Shown here: positions 40,899 through 50,734 of the stretch, one piece after another
Numbering within the stretch: position 1 is the stretch's first letter
Layout of the letters: every line of letters begins with the position of its first letter
Assembly (NCBI GenBank): GCA_964540135.1
Contig: CAZILK010000004.1
Coordinates: forward strand, 1-60,952
Direction of reading: 5' to 3'
From: an uncultured Candidatus Saccharibacteria bacterium
GTDB taxonomy: Bacteria; Patescibacteriota; WWE3; UBA101185; UBA10185
Length of the DNA stretch: 60,952 nt
Program-made: the position numbers and the translations under genes
The notes under the pieces: model-generated
Databases searched by the model: none
The model's input: the letters and a program-made list of their open reading frames with translations, nothing else
Told to the model about the DNA's origin: nothing

Positions 40899-41797
40899 AT
40901 GTTTTAAAATATAAATTCCATTACTTAATCTTTTCTCTTTTAATAATGCTTCCTGGTGCCTTTTTCCTCGTTACCGAAGGACTTAAACTTGGGATTGATT
41001 TCACTGGCGGTTCTGTTAGTGTTTATAGTTTTGTAAAGGACGCAAAGATTGCGGATTTTGAAAAAGCATACACATCAAACGGAGTTGGTGATCCTAAAGT
41101 TTCACTTGTTAATAACGAAATAACTGTTAGAAGTAAAATAATAGATACCTCAAAAAACGCCAAGATTGTTACTGATCTGAAAAAGGAATACCCAAAGCTT
41201 GTAGTTAAATCGTTTGAGACAGTAGGACCAACAGTTGGAGGAGAAACAACCAGAAAAGCGTTGATGTCTGTTTTGATTTCTTCTTTTGTCATCATGCTTT
41301 ATATTGCCTATTCGTTTAAAGATATTCCCAAACCTTATTCAAGCTTGAAATTTGGTATCTCAGCAATAATTGCGATGCTTCATGACGCTTTTGTGGTTAT
41401 TGGAACATTTTCTATTCTAGGTCATTATTTAAATGTTGAAGTTGATGCACTCCTGATAACCGCTCTTCTTACAATCATTGGGTTTTCAGTTCATGACACA
41501 ATTGTTGTATTTGATCGCATTAGAGAGAACTTAAATAAACTCTCAAAATCGTCCACCTTTGAAGAGGTTGCTAATTACTCACTGGTTGAAACACTGAACA
41601 GGTCATTAACCACATCACTAACAGTTGTTATAACTTTATTTGCACTTGTAGTTCTTGGTGGAAGCAGCATTCGCTATTTTGTAATAGCTCTTCTTGTTGG
41701 TATAGTTTCAGGAACTTATTCAAGTATATTTACAGCTACCCCAATTCTTGTACTTTGGGAAGCCTACTCCGGAAAACACTCAAAAAAGAAAAAGTAA
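40895..41797 (+). CDS. secF: protein translocase subunit SecF
   Basis: GIDFTGG, HDTIVVFDRIREN, GTYSSIF. Confidence 0.97.
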   Translation: MNVLKYKFHYLIFSLLIMLPGAFFLVTEGLKLGIDFTGGSVSVYSFVKDAKIADFEKAYTSNGVGDPKVSLVNNEITVRSKIIDTSKNAKIVTDLKKEYPKLVVKSFETVGPTVGGETTRKALMSVLISSFVIMLYIAYSFKDIPKPYSSLKFGISAIIAMLHDAFVVIGTFSILGHYLNVEVDALLITALLTIIGFSVHDTIVVFDRIRENLNKLSKSSTFEEVANYSLVETLNRSLTTSLTVVITLFALVVLGGSSIRYFVIALLVGIVSGTYSSIFTATPILVLWEAYSGKHSKKKK

Positions 41798-41801
41798 GTT
41801 C

Positions 41802-43445
41802 ATGAAAAAATGGAATATCATAAAACACTACTCCCCAGAACTTGATGTTGTCGCAAGTATTTTGGAAAACAGAGGACTTGATACTAAAGAGAAGATTCAT
41901 GAATTTTTAAATCCCCCGTCACTTCAATCATACATTGCTGCTATGCCCATTGAGTTTAAAACAAGTCTCAAGAATTCACGGGACATGGTTTTTAAGGCAA
42001 TAGAAGACTCAGTACCTATTCTAATTTACGGAGACTACGATTCAGACGGAGTATCTGCTACAGCACTACTATACAGCACACTAACGAAGACTTTAGGTTA
42101 CTCCAAATGTTCGTACTTTATCCCAAATCGGTTTGAGCACGGCTATGGTTTATCAGTTAAAGCGTTTGATGAAGCATACACTTCTTTAAAAGAAAACTTT
42201 GGGGAGAGTCCTTATTATCTGCTTATTACTGTTGATACAGGCATAACTGCTGTTGAGGAAATAGCCCATGCTCAAAAGAATAACTTTAAAACAATCATTA
42301 CCGATCATCACCAAAAACCAAATCCACTACCTGAGGCTAATGTAATAGTTTGGTCTGGAGAAACAGTTGGCTGCGGATTATCTTGGATACTTTGTACCGC
42401 ACTTGGCTTAAAAGACTTAAGTGGGATAGATCTTGTCGCTCTTGCAACAGTAACCGATCTTCAGGCTCTAGTAGGATTTAGCAGAACAGCTGTAATCAAA
42501 GGGCTTGAGAGTATGAATAACAAACCAAGAGTTGGCATTAAGAAGCTTTTGGATATAGCTGGTAAGTCAAAGCAAATTACAGTCTATGACCTTGGGTGGG
42601 TAATTGGGCCTAGAATTAATGCACTTGGGAGAATGGACCATGCTATCAAAGGAGTTGAGCTTTTAACAACAGAGGATGAAGAGAAGGCGGTTGAGATTGC
42701 AGGTCTCTTACAAGACACTAATTTGCTTAGGCAAGATGAGACAGAGAAGATGTATGATCTTGCTCAGGTTGAAACAAAGCCTGAAGATAAGATTATTATC
42801 TCTGTAAATCAAGAATATCATGAAGGAATCATCGGCCTTGTAGCTTCAAAACTTGTTCAAAAATACTACAAACCGGTAATTGTCATTTCTCATGATGGGA
42901 CTGTGGGTAAAGGCAGTGTGAGATCAATTCCTGGCATAAACATTATTGAGATTTTAAGGCAATTTGAGTCTGATTTTGAAAAACTAGGCGGGCACCCTAT
43001 GGCTGCTGGGTTTAGCATAAAGCTCACTAACATTAAGACACTTGAGACAAAGCTTGTTGAGTATATGAATGCTCACTATACAGAAGCTGATTTTGTTCCC
43101 TTTATTGATGTTGATGTTGAGATACCTGTAAGTCTAATTACACTTGATCTTTATACTCAGGTAAGTAAACTCATGCCTTATGGTAATGGTAATCCAGAAC
43201 CAGTATTTTGTGTTAGAGATCTGAAAGTAACAGCTGCAAATACTGTTGGAAGAGATTTAAAGCATGTTTCATTTACATTTCTGGCTGATGGTAAAAACTA
43301 CAAAGGCATATATTTCAACGCACCATCTGACGTATTAACTATAAAGGCGGGAAGTCTAATTGATGTAGTGTTTTGTCTTTCAAGAAATGACTATAATCAA
43401 AAAACCTCAATAGACTTGCTTATTAAAGATATACTGCTAAAATAA
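41802..43445 (+). CDS. recJ: single-stranded DNA exonuclease RecJ
   Basis: GDYDSDG, TVDTG, TDHH, GPRINA.GR, GGHPMAAG; start at ATG 41802. Confidence 0.96.
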   Translation: MKKWNIIKHYSPELDVVASILENRGLDTKEKIHEFLNPPSLQSYIAAMPIEFKTSLKNSRDMVFKAIEDSVPILIYGDYDSDGVSATALLYSTLTKTLGYSKCSYFIPNRFEHGYGLSVKAFDEAYTSLKENFGESPYYLLITVDTGITAVEEIAHAQKNNFKTIITDHHQKPNPLPEANVIVWSGETVGCGLSWILCTALGLKDLSGIDLVALATVTDLQALVGFSRTAVIKGLESMNNKPRVGIKKLLDIAGKSKQITVYDLGWVIGPRINALGRMDHAIKGVELLTTEDEEKAVEIAGLLQDTNLLRQDETEKMYDLAQVETKPEDKIIISVNQEYHEGIIGLVASKLVQKYYKPVIVISHDGTVGKGSVRSIPGINIIEILRQFESDFEKLGGHPMAAGFSIKLTNIKTLETKLVEYMNAHYTEADFVPFIDVDVEIPVSLITLDLYTQVSKLMPYGNGNPEPVFCVRDLKVTAANTVGRDLKHVSFTFLADGKNYKGIYFNAPSDVLTIKAGSLIDVVFCLSRNDYNQKTSIDLLIKDILLK

Positions 43446-43459
43446 TTAAGAATTCAAAA

Positions 43460-43611
43460 TGCCGTAAAAAAGAAAGTGACACTTTTTTGGTTAAGACCTG
43501 GCAGATGGTAGGAAATGACCATCCGGGAATGCCCGTTATAGCTGTGAACAAGATAAAGACAGGGTGGCACCGTCCACCTAAGGACCCCGTCAAAGAAGAC
43601 GGGGTATTTTT
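43460..43611 (+). ncRNA. T-box riboswitch (transcriptional), probable Asp (GAC) specifier
   Basis: Antiterminator GGG-TGGCACC-GTCC-acctaa-GGAC-CCC (43562-88), overlapping terminator, CCGTTA motif at 43533-38, upstream of aspS. Confidence 0.85.
43584..43611 (+). terminator. T-box terminator
   Basis: ACCCCGTC-aaagaa-GACGGGGT followed by ATTTTT. Confidence 0.88.
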
Positions 43612-43638
43612 GTATTTAAATTAAGAAATCGGAGGTAT

Positions 43639-44940
43639 ATGGAAGAACTAACAAGAATACATGTAGCACAGCTACAGGAGAATGTTGGTAAAGTAGTTAA
43701 AATTGCAGGATTTGTACACGCAATAAGGAATCAAGGAAGTATTAAGTTTCTACTTATTCGTGATGTTAGCGGTATAGCTCAGAGTGTGGTACTCAAGACA
43801 TCTGAAGCTTTTTCTAAACTTGAGGAAGTAACACTTGAGTCAGTAGTTGAGCTTACAGGACTTGCCAAAGCTGAAAAACAAGCCCCAGGAGGCTTTGAGC
43901 TTGAGGCTCAGGAGCTAACTATACTATCCAAAGCTTTACCCTCTCTACCAATACCGGTTGTTGTTGAGAAATCTGGAGAAGAGGTTGACATTTCAAAAAG
44001 ACTGGACTGGAGATGGCTTGACTTGCGTCGTGAAGAAAGTCTGCGTATTTTTAAGGTTTGGACAGAGCTTGAAAAAGGGTTTAGAGAATATATGGAAAAA
44101 GCTCAGTACATGCAGGTTTATGGGCCTTCTTTTATGAGCTCGGCTAGTGAGTCAGGTGCCGAAGTCTTTGAGGTGAAGTATTTTGATAGGAAAGCATATC
44201 TTGCTCAGTCCCCTCAATTCTATAAACAAATGGCAATGAGCTCAGGCTTTGAAAGAGTCTTTATGACAGGTCCGGTTTTTCGTGCTGAGCTTTCTTTCAC
44301 GACAAGGCATTTAACCGAATTTACTGGCTGGGATTTTGAGCTCTCTTATATAAATTCACATCATGATGTAATGGATGAGCTGGAGAATTTTTTAGTTTCT
44401 GGTTTTAAGAAAATAGAAGCTGCTGGGCTTGTGAAAGATATAGTGATACCTGAAAAACCATTTCCACGCCTAACTATGCGTGAAGTAAAAGCTTTGTTAG
44501 CCGAGGAGGGTGTTCGCAGTGAGAAAGAGCACGATGTTAGTCCTGAAGAAGAAAGAGCCTTGCACGGAGTTATTGCTAAAAAATATGGGCATGATTTCGT
44601 GTTTATTACTGACTGGGATATCTCTGCCAGGCCTTTCTATCACATGAGGCATGCTGATAACAACTCACTTACAAAAAGCTTTGACTTATTATACAGAGGT
44701 CTTGAAATAGTAACTGGAGCTCAAAGAGAGCATCGACATGATGTTTTAACAACTCAAGCACTTGAAAAAGGTATGGTACTTTCAGATATTGATTACTATA
44801 TTAACTTCTTTAAATACGGTTGTCCGCCTCATGGAGGAGTTGGTATTGGACCCGGAAGAATTGTTATGCAACTACTTGGGCTCTCAAGCATTAAAGAGGC
44901 AACATATTTGCCAAGAGATGTTAAGAGGTTGACACCTTAG
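43639..44940 (+). CDS. aspS: aspartyl-tRNA synthetase, archaeal-like short type with non-discriminating signature
   Basis: 433 aa without GAD insert; YLAQSPQFYKQ, FRAE, GCPPHGG; His27 and Pro83. Confidence 0.9.
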   Translation: MEELTRIHVAQLQENVGKVVKIAGFVHAIRNQGSIKFLLIRDVSGIAQSVVLKTSEAFSKLEEVTLESVVELTGLAKAEKQAPGGFELEAQELTILSKALPSLPIPVVVEKSGEEVDISKRLDWRWLDLRREESLRIFKVWTELEKGFREYMEKAQYMQVYGPSFMSSASESGAEVFEVKYFDRKAYLAQSPQFYKQMAMSSGFERVFMTGPVFRAELSFTTRHLTEFTGWDFELSYINSHHDVMDELENFLVSGFKKIEAAGLVKDIVIPEKPFPRLTMREVKALLAEEGVRSEKEHDVSPEEERALHGVIAKKYGHDFVFITDWDISARPFYHMRHADNNSLTKSFDLLYRGLEIVTGAQREHRHDVLTTQALEKGMVLSDIDYYINFFKYGCPPHGGVGIGPGRIVMQLLGLSSIKEATYLPRDVKRLTP

Positions 44941-44974
44941 TGTAATTTCCTGCCTCTTTGGCTATAGTTGTTGC

Positions 44975-46003
44975 ATGTATATTTCTGTTTTGCAAAGACT
45001 GCAGATTTATATACTCTACATTTTGTTGAGTGCATTCATCCTGCTTGATAAATTTGGCAACAGGATAATATTAGCTTCTAAGATTGGAATTAGGCTACTT
45101 TGCATTTTGTTTATTGGAGCTTTTCTACATTCCGTCAAATTGCAAGATAAAGATATTGGTTATTTATTTGATGCCTATTTTTATGTTCCGACAAGTCAGG
45201 TTTCATTTGTAAAAAAAGAGCTTGGGCCTAAAAGACTAAACAAATTACCACCCCCAGAAGTAACAGCGCAAGGAGTATTGATTAAAGACGTGAGGAGTGA
45301 TCTGATTTTGTTTGAGAAAAATAAAGATCAGGTATTTCCTCCTGCCTCAACAACAAAACTCATGACAGCTCTAGTAGCACTTGATCTGTATTCACAAACC
45401 GACAAATTTACAATTGATCTTGAGTGTACGCAAGTACCTAGTCAAAGAGCGGGGTTTTATCCAGGGGAAGTATTTACTGTAAAAGATCTAGTGTATTCTC
45501 TTCTGATCTCATCGGCAGGAGATTCTGCCTGTGCCCTGTCAAACCATATTCCCACTACAGTGTTTGTCGGTAAGATGAATGCAAAAGCAGACAAACTCGG
45601 CATGAAGCACTCGAAGTTTTCAAACGCAATAGGGCTTGATGATTTTGAGAATGGACAAAGCTCTACACCAGCTGATTTAGCGTTACTCGCCAAAGCCTCT
45701 ATTGAGAACAAGATAATCTCAGATATTGTTCGAAACCAAACCTATATTGTTAATTCGTTAGAATCTTCAACTTCAATTCCCATAACCCATACCTTGATAA
45801 ATACCAATAAGCTACTTGGTGAAATACCAAATACTGTTGGCTTAAAAACAGGCAAAACAGATGGTGCTGGAGAGGTTTTGATATATGCGTACGAGAAAGA
45901 CAAGATTAAACTTATTATTGTGACAATGAAAAGTGATGACCGCTTTGGTGACACAAAGAAACTACTTGAATGGGTTCTTGCTGAATACTCCTGGACTACT
46001 TAA
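44975..46003 (+). CDS. D-Ala-D-Ala carboxypeptidase (peptidase S11 family)
   Basis: PASTTKLMTA (SxxK), GLKTG; SxN position reads SAG. Confidence 0.88.
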   Translation: MYISVLQRLQIYILYILLSAFILLDKFGNRIILASKIGIRLLCILFIGAFLHSVKLQDKDIGYLFDAYFYVPTSQVSFVKKELGPKRLNKLPPPEVTAQGVLIKDVRSDLILFEKNKDQVFPPASTTKLMTALVALDLYSQTDKFTIDLECTQVPSQRAGFYPGEVFTVKDLVYSLLISSAGDSACALSNHIPTTVFVGKMNAKADKLGMKHSKFSNAIGLDDFENGQSSTPADLALLAKASIENKIISDIVRNQTYIVNSLESSTSIPITHTLINTNKLLGEIPNTVGLKTGKTDGAGEVLIYAYEKDKIKLIIVTMKSDDRFGDTKKLLEWVLAEYSWTT

Positions 46004-47156
46004 CAGGGTCTTTTTTAACTCCCGAATCATCAGGCTCAGTTCCTTTAACAAAAGTACCGTCAATTGCAGGATAGTAAATTGTTATTTCCCCTTTCGCGCC
46101 AAGTTGAGAGGCATATCTGCCTTCAAAGACATAAATTGGTTGTAAGTAAGTCTGAGGTCTTATGTTGTCGTAATAGGCAAGGTAGACCTTTTCAATCGTA
46201 ACTTTACCAACATCTGTTTTTTTATAAACTTCAAACGGTGACTTGTTGTTTGGTGTAACATTGGCTATAACCCCGCTACCTTTTGCTACATTTTGCCATG
46301 CAAGCTGAACCGGGATAATAGGGTACGATGCTTCACTAGTTTCTTCAATACCCCATTCATAAATTTGAACCAAGGGATTTATTAGTTTCTGATTTAAAAC
46401 AGCAGGACTGCCTATAATTATTCGAATTAAACCTTGTTTGGGGTTTGGTCCAAGAATTGGAAAGTCTTCTATTTTTCTAAAATAGTCTGCAAGGTAAAGC
46501 TGGGCTTCAACAGGTGTTGAAGCTTCAACAACTCGTTCGCCAACAAATCTGCCCATAATATTCTTTCTATCTCCCTTTAAATAAAGCGGATCTTTAAATT
46601 TATTTAGGCTTTGAAATAACTCTTCTGCTGTTTTTACAAACTTTTCTTCATTGATCGAACCCAGCTCGTAATAAGAGCTGATATTTTGAAGAGGTGTTGT
46701 TAAATCAATAGATTGTGTTAATAAATCAGTCTGGAGTGTTGCTCCGTTATTTATATCTTTCCAAATAAACTTGTCTGACTTATAGTCGGAAACTATTTCA
46801 AGATCAGAAAAGCCAAGAGCCATTGCTGCATCCTGCGCATTTTTACCTGCATTAAAAGATAGGAATGGCTGTACAAATTTATATACAGTCATCTTTTTCG
46901 GTAAGTCTTTTGGAAACTTACCATCAACAGTGTTTAATTCAAAAGATTCAACCTCACCTGTAATAGGCTGGGCTATGAATTCAAGCGGTTCGAGCTGTCC
47001 GTAAATCGGATTTGGCGGATCTTTTGGGGGGAAAACTAGTTCAAGCGCGCTTTTTATCGGTGTTTTAAAAAATAGTGCAAATGCGTAAATGACAATAAGG
47101 GCTGACAAACCCTTTATAAACATTCGTGCATAATGAGAGGCGACAGTTAAGGACAT
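45996..47156 (-). CDS. membrane-anchored hypothetical protein, 386 aa
   Basis: N-terminal TM helix and large soluble domain with VYLAYYD...YLQPIYVFEG. Confidence 0.75.
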   Translation of the reverse strand: MSLTVASHYARMFIKGLSALIVIYAFALFFKTPIKSALELVFPPKDPPNPIYGQLEPLEFIAQPITGEVESFELNTVDGKFPKDLPKKMTVYKFVQPFLSFNAGKNAQDAAMALGFSDLEIVSDYKSDKFIWKDINNGATLQTDLLTQSIDLTTPLQNISSYYELGSINEEKFVKTAEELFQSLNKFKDPLYLKGDRKNIMGRFVGERVVEASTPVEAQLYLADYFRKIEDFPILGPNPKQGLIRIIIGSPAVLNQKLINPLVQIYEWGIEETSEASYPIIPVQLAWQNVAKGSGVIANVTPNNKSPFEVYKKTDVGKVTIEKVYLAYYDNIRPQTYLQPIYVFEGRYASQLGAKGEITIYYPAIDGTFVKGTEPDDSGVKKDPVK

Positions 47157-47200
47157 TCGTTTTTATGTTACCACATCGCCAGTTATGTTAAAATCCTACC

Positions 47201-48664
47201 ATGGTAACACGAACACGCATGGCTCCAAGCCCAACCGGTGAATTTCACATCGGTGGTATGAGAACATTGCTTTACAACTATGCCTTAGCTAAAAGGGATG
47301 GCGGTGCCTTTATATTAAGAATTGAGGATACCGATAGAGAAAGACACGTTGAGGGAGCTACAGAAAGACTGATTGAGGTGATTAAAGAATATGGTTTAAA
47401 TTGGGACGAGGGGCCTGATATTGGCGGGCCTAATGAGCCATACATACAGTCGCAAAGACTTGAAATTTACACTAAATACGCACAGGAGCTAATAAGCAAC
47501 GGGCATGCGTATTACTGCTTTTGTACAAAAGAACGCCTGGACACACTGCGTGAAGAACAAAGAGCTCAAGGGTTAGCGGCTACAAGATACGATAAGTTGT
47601 GTACACATTTAACTAAAGAAGAGGTCGCTCAAAAGCTTTCAGAAAAAACCTCATATGTCATAAGATTAAATGTACCTGCAAATGAGATCGTAAGCTTTAC
47701 TGACGAGATCTTAGGAACTATTTCTTTTCCAACAAACGATATAGATGACCAAGTTTTACTTAAGTCTGACGGCTATCCAACATATCATTTAGGTGTTGTT
47801 ATTGATGATCACCTGATGGGTATAAATGTGATTATGCGGGGTGTTGAGTGGTTGCCATCAACGCCAAAACATATTTTATTATATAGGGCCTTTGGTTGGA
47901 ATCTCCCAAGATATGGGCATCTTCCGTTACTTAAAGAAATTGGTGAGAACAAAAAATTATCAAAAAGAGTCGGAGCTGTTGGTTCCGTTGAGTTTTTAAA
48001 CGAGGGGTACTTACCTGAGGCTTTACTTAACTTCCTTATGTTTCTTGGTTGGAATCCCGGAACCGAAAAAGAGATCTATACTTTGGAGGAGTTTATAGCT
48101 GATTTCTCACTTGATAAAGTCCATAAAACAGATCTTGTTGTCTTTGATCGCGACAAGCTTTCTTGGTATAACGGCTATTATATTCGCAATTTAGAAACTC
48201 CGGATCTCTTTAACAGACTTACCGTCTGGGCCGAGAAGTTTAGTAAGAACCTATTACTAAGCGATAACCAGAACACAAACATCAAGGTACTTGAACTTGT
48301 TAAAGAGAGGATGAAGACTCTCTCAGATTTTACTTCACTTACAGCCTACTTTTTTAAAGCCCCAAGTATTGACCTGGAATTACTTCTAAAACAAGTAGGG
48401 GATAAGGATCGTTCCAAAGAAATATTCCAAAGCTTCTTAGCTATTTATGAAGAAGTTTCAGCACAAGATTGGAACAGCAAATTTCTGGATGAGCTGTCTC
48501 ACAGTGTTTTAGAAAAAAATGGCTATAAACCAAAAGAAGCTTTCATGACTTTAAGAGTCGGAGTTACAGGGTCAACTACAACCCCACCACTTTTTGATGT
48601 GCTTGAAGTACTAGGGCTAAAAGAGACAATTTTTCGTATGAAAGAAGTTCTTAAAATGCTATAG
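47201..48664 (+). CDS. gltX: glutamyl-tRNA synthetase
   Basis: RMAPSPTGEFHIGG (HIGH), LRIEDTD, KKLSKR (KMSKS). Confidence 0.97.
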   Translation: MVTRTRMAPSPTGEFHIGGMRTLLYNYALAKRDGGAFILRIEDTDRERHVEGATERLIEVIKEYGLNWDEGPDIGGPNEPYIQSQRLEIYTKYAQELISNGHAYYCFCTKERLDTLREEQRAQGLAATRYDKLCTHLTKEEVAQKLSEKTSYVIRLNVPANEIVSFTDEILGTISFPTNDIDDQVLLKSDGYPTYHLGVVIDDHLMGINVIMRGVEWLPSTPKHILLYRAFGWNLPRYGHLPLLKEIGENKKLSKRVGAVGSVEFLNEGYLPEALLNFLMFLGWNPGTEKEIYTLEEFIADFSLDKVHKTDLVVFDRDKLSWYNGYYIRNLETPDLFNRLTVWAEKFSKNLLLSDNQNTNIKVLELVKERMKTLSDFTSLTAYFFKAPSIDLELLLKQVGDKDRSKEIFQSFLAIYEEVSAQDWNSKFLDELSHSVLEKNGYKPKEAFMTLRVGVTGSTTTPPLFDVLEVLGLKETIFRMKEVLKML

Positions 48665-48672
48665 TTTTAGTA

Positions 48673-50226
48673 ATGTCTGCCCTGTTTGCCAAAAAAAATA
48701 CACTTCTTGATGCTTTTGCTCCACAATACTTTGATACTTGCATTATAAAATTTGGCGATGCAAAAATTAAAGATCTAATTAAAGGCAAATTTCCAGCAAT
48801 CCAATACACTCTTTCAGGTTATGATATTTCTGAAGTAACCCAGGACGATAAATTGCAGCTTGTAACTATTCTCTTTCACCTTGATGTTAATGAGAACGGT
48901 GAAAGACAGGCAATCACCAATCTTGAAGATATTATAACTAAAGTTAAAGATAGAATAGGTGCTGACAAAGAGTTTAACGAGCTACTCTTAAAACTCCCTG
49001 AGGGAGTTTTTGCTGTAAATAAGCTGAAGATCATCCCAAGAGAAGAACTTGAAAAACAATTTCAACTTGTTGCAGCGGAACTTGTGAAAACAAGAGAAGC
49101 ACTAAATACAAGTGTTTCAAAACAAACCCTTGATCTGGCTGCTGAAAAAGATGTTTTGAAAGTGACCCTGTACAACACAAGCGATGGAGTTTTTGCACTT
49201 GATAAAGACGGTAAGGTTATAACGTTTAATAAAAAGATGGAAGAGTTAACGGGGTTTTCTTCCGATGAAGCTAAAGGAAAACCTTCAGATGAGATTGTGA
49301 GACTTTTTGATGATACCTTCCCTCTTGATAGCGCAAAATACAGCCCTGTTGTAGACAATGTTACTGAAAGAAATGTTTATTCAAATAACAAAGTCACACT
49401 TGTTTCAAAAACCGGAACTAAAAGGTATGTTCGGATGGTTAGCGCTGCTCTAAATGAACCAGCTGAAAAAAATCTTGGAAGTATCGTAACTCTTACCGAT
49501 ATCACAAAAGAGATTGAACTTGAGAATATGAAAATTGATTTTGTATCGATCGCAGCGCACGAACTAAGAACGCCATTAACCTCAATTAGAGGGTACCTTG
49601 AGTTATTAAACTCAAAGCTTGGAACATCGCTTGATCCTGAATCACAAACTTATCTTGAGAAAGTAACAGTTAGTGCTGATCAATTGCACATCTTAATTGA
49701 GAACTTACTTAACATTTCAAGAATTGAAAAAGGCAGTCTTATACTAAATAAAAAACCTGAAAAGATTGAGGCTGCAATCACTTATGTGCTTTCAAACTTT
49801 GCGGCAATCGCTAGTCAAGCTGGAGTTACTCTTAACTATATTCCGCCAAAAGCACAAATGCCTGATGTGTTTGTTGATCATACGATGATTGTTGAGGTGC
49901 TCTCAAATCTTGTAGACAACGCAATAAAATATAATAAAAAAGATGGCTCGATTACAATTACAACTGAGCTTACTGATGACAAAGTTATAACCTATGTGAA
50001 AGACACAGGTGTTGGAATTGCTGCTGAATCACTTCCACATATTTTCAAAAAGTTTTATAGGACGTCAACAAACGCTCTAACTCAAGGGCGAAAAGGCACA
50101 GGACTTGGTTTGTTTATTTCCAAACAAATTGTAGAATTACATGGAGGACAAATTACATTAACCAGTGTTCAAGGTGAGGGTACTACATTTAGTTTTACCT
50201 TACCTGTTTTTAAAGAGGCAAACTAA
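48673..50226 (+). CDS. soluble PAS-HisKA-HATPase sensor kinase with unrecognised N-terminal domain
   Basis: AHELRTPL, NLVDNAIKY, DTGVGI, GTGLGL; no TM helix. Confidence 0.93.
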   Translation: MSALFAKKNTLLDAFAPQYFDTCIIKFGDAKIKDLIKGKFPAIQYTLSGYDISEVTQDDKLQLVTILFHLDVNENGERQAITNLEDIITKVKDRIGADKEFNELLLKLPEGVFAVNKLKIIPREELEKQFQLVAAELVKTREALNTSVSKQTLDLAAEKDVLKVTLYNTSDGVFALDKDGKVITFNKKMEELTGFSSDEAKGKPSDEIVRLFDDTFPLDSAKYSPVVDNVTERNVYSNNKVTLVSKTGTKRYVRMVSAALNEPAEKNLGSIVTLTDITKEIELENMKIDFVSIAAHELRTPLTSIRGYLELLNSKLGTSLDPESQTYLEKVTVSADQLHILIENLLNISRIEKGSLILNKKPEKIEAAITYVLSNFAAIASQAGVTLNYIPPKAQMPDVFVDHTMIVEVLSNLVDNAIKYNKKDGSITITTELTDDKVITYVKDTGVGIAAESLPHIFKKFYRTSTNALTQGRKGTGLGLFISKQIVELHGGQITLTSVQGEGTTFSFTLPVFKEAN

Positions 50227-50639
50227 TGGCTACACAAAAAAGAATATTAATGATCGAGGATGATGTTTATATAAGAGAGCTTTACGAGGAAGTTTTAAAA
50301 AAGGCAGGTTATTTAGTAATTACAGCAGTAGATGGGGAGGAAGGTTTGGTCAAAGCTTCCGATGGAGAATACGACCTGGTGCTTCTCGATATTATGCTAC
50401 CGAAATTAACCGGCATTGAAGTCTTAAAAAAACTAAGAGAAAAGGGAGCCACGACCGAGGAAATTCCAATCTATTTGCTTACTAATCTTGGTGAAGAGAC
50501 TATTGCAAAAGAAACCTATAAACTTGGTGCTAACGGTTATTTATTAAAAGCAAAATATCTGCCAAAAGAACTTGTTAAAGAAATTGATAAGTTTTTTGTT
50601 AAAAATGAAAGAGGCACTCTAACAACAATTCAGGCATAG
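50226..50639 (+). CDS. stand-alone receiver (REC) response regulator
   Basis: IEDD, LLDIMLP, LTN, conserved Lys; no output domain. Confidence 0.93.
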   Translation: MATQKRILMIEDDVYIRELYEEVLKKAGYLVITAVDGEEGLVKASDGEYDLVLLDIMLPKLTGIEVLKKLREKGATTEEIPIYLLTNLGEETIAKETYKLGANGYLLKAKYLPKELVKEIDKFFVKNERGTLTTIQA

Positions 50640-50734
50640 AATTCTTTTCCTAGCAGTGTTGTTACTCTTTTTCCACTAAAACTAGACTACCATTTCTTGA
50701 ACTAAAAAATATAACTGATAGAATAACGATACTT

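Noticed and set aside
50640-50734. LexA/SOS box upstream of recA
   Set aside because: No GAAC-N4-GTTC, CTG-N10-CAG or other clear dyad was seen, and the xre/radC inverted repeat is not present
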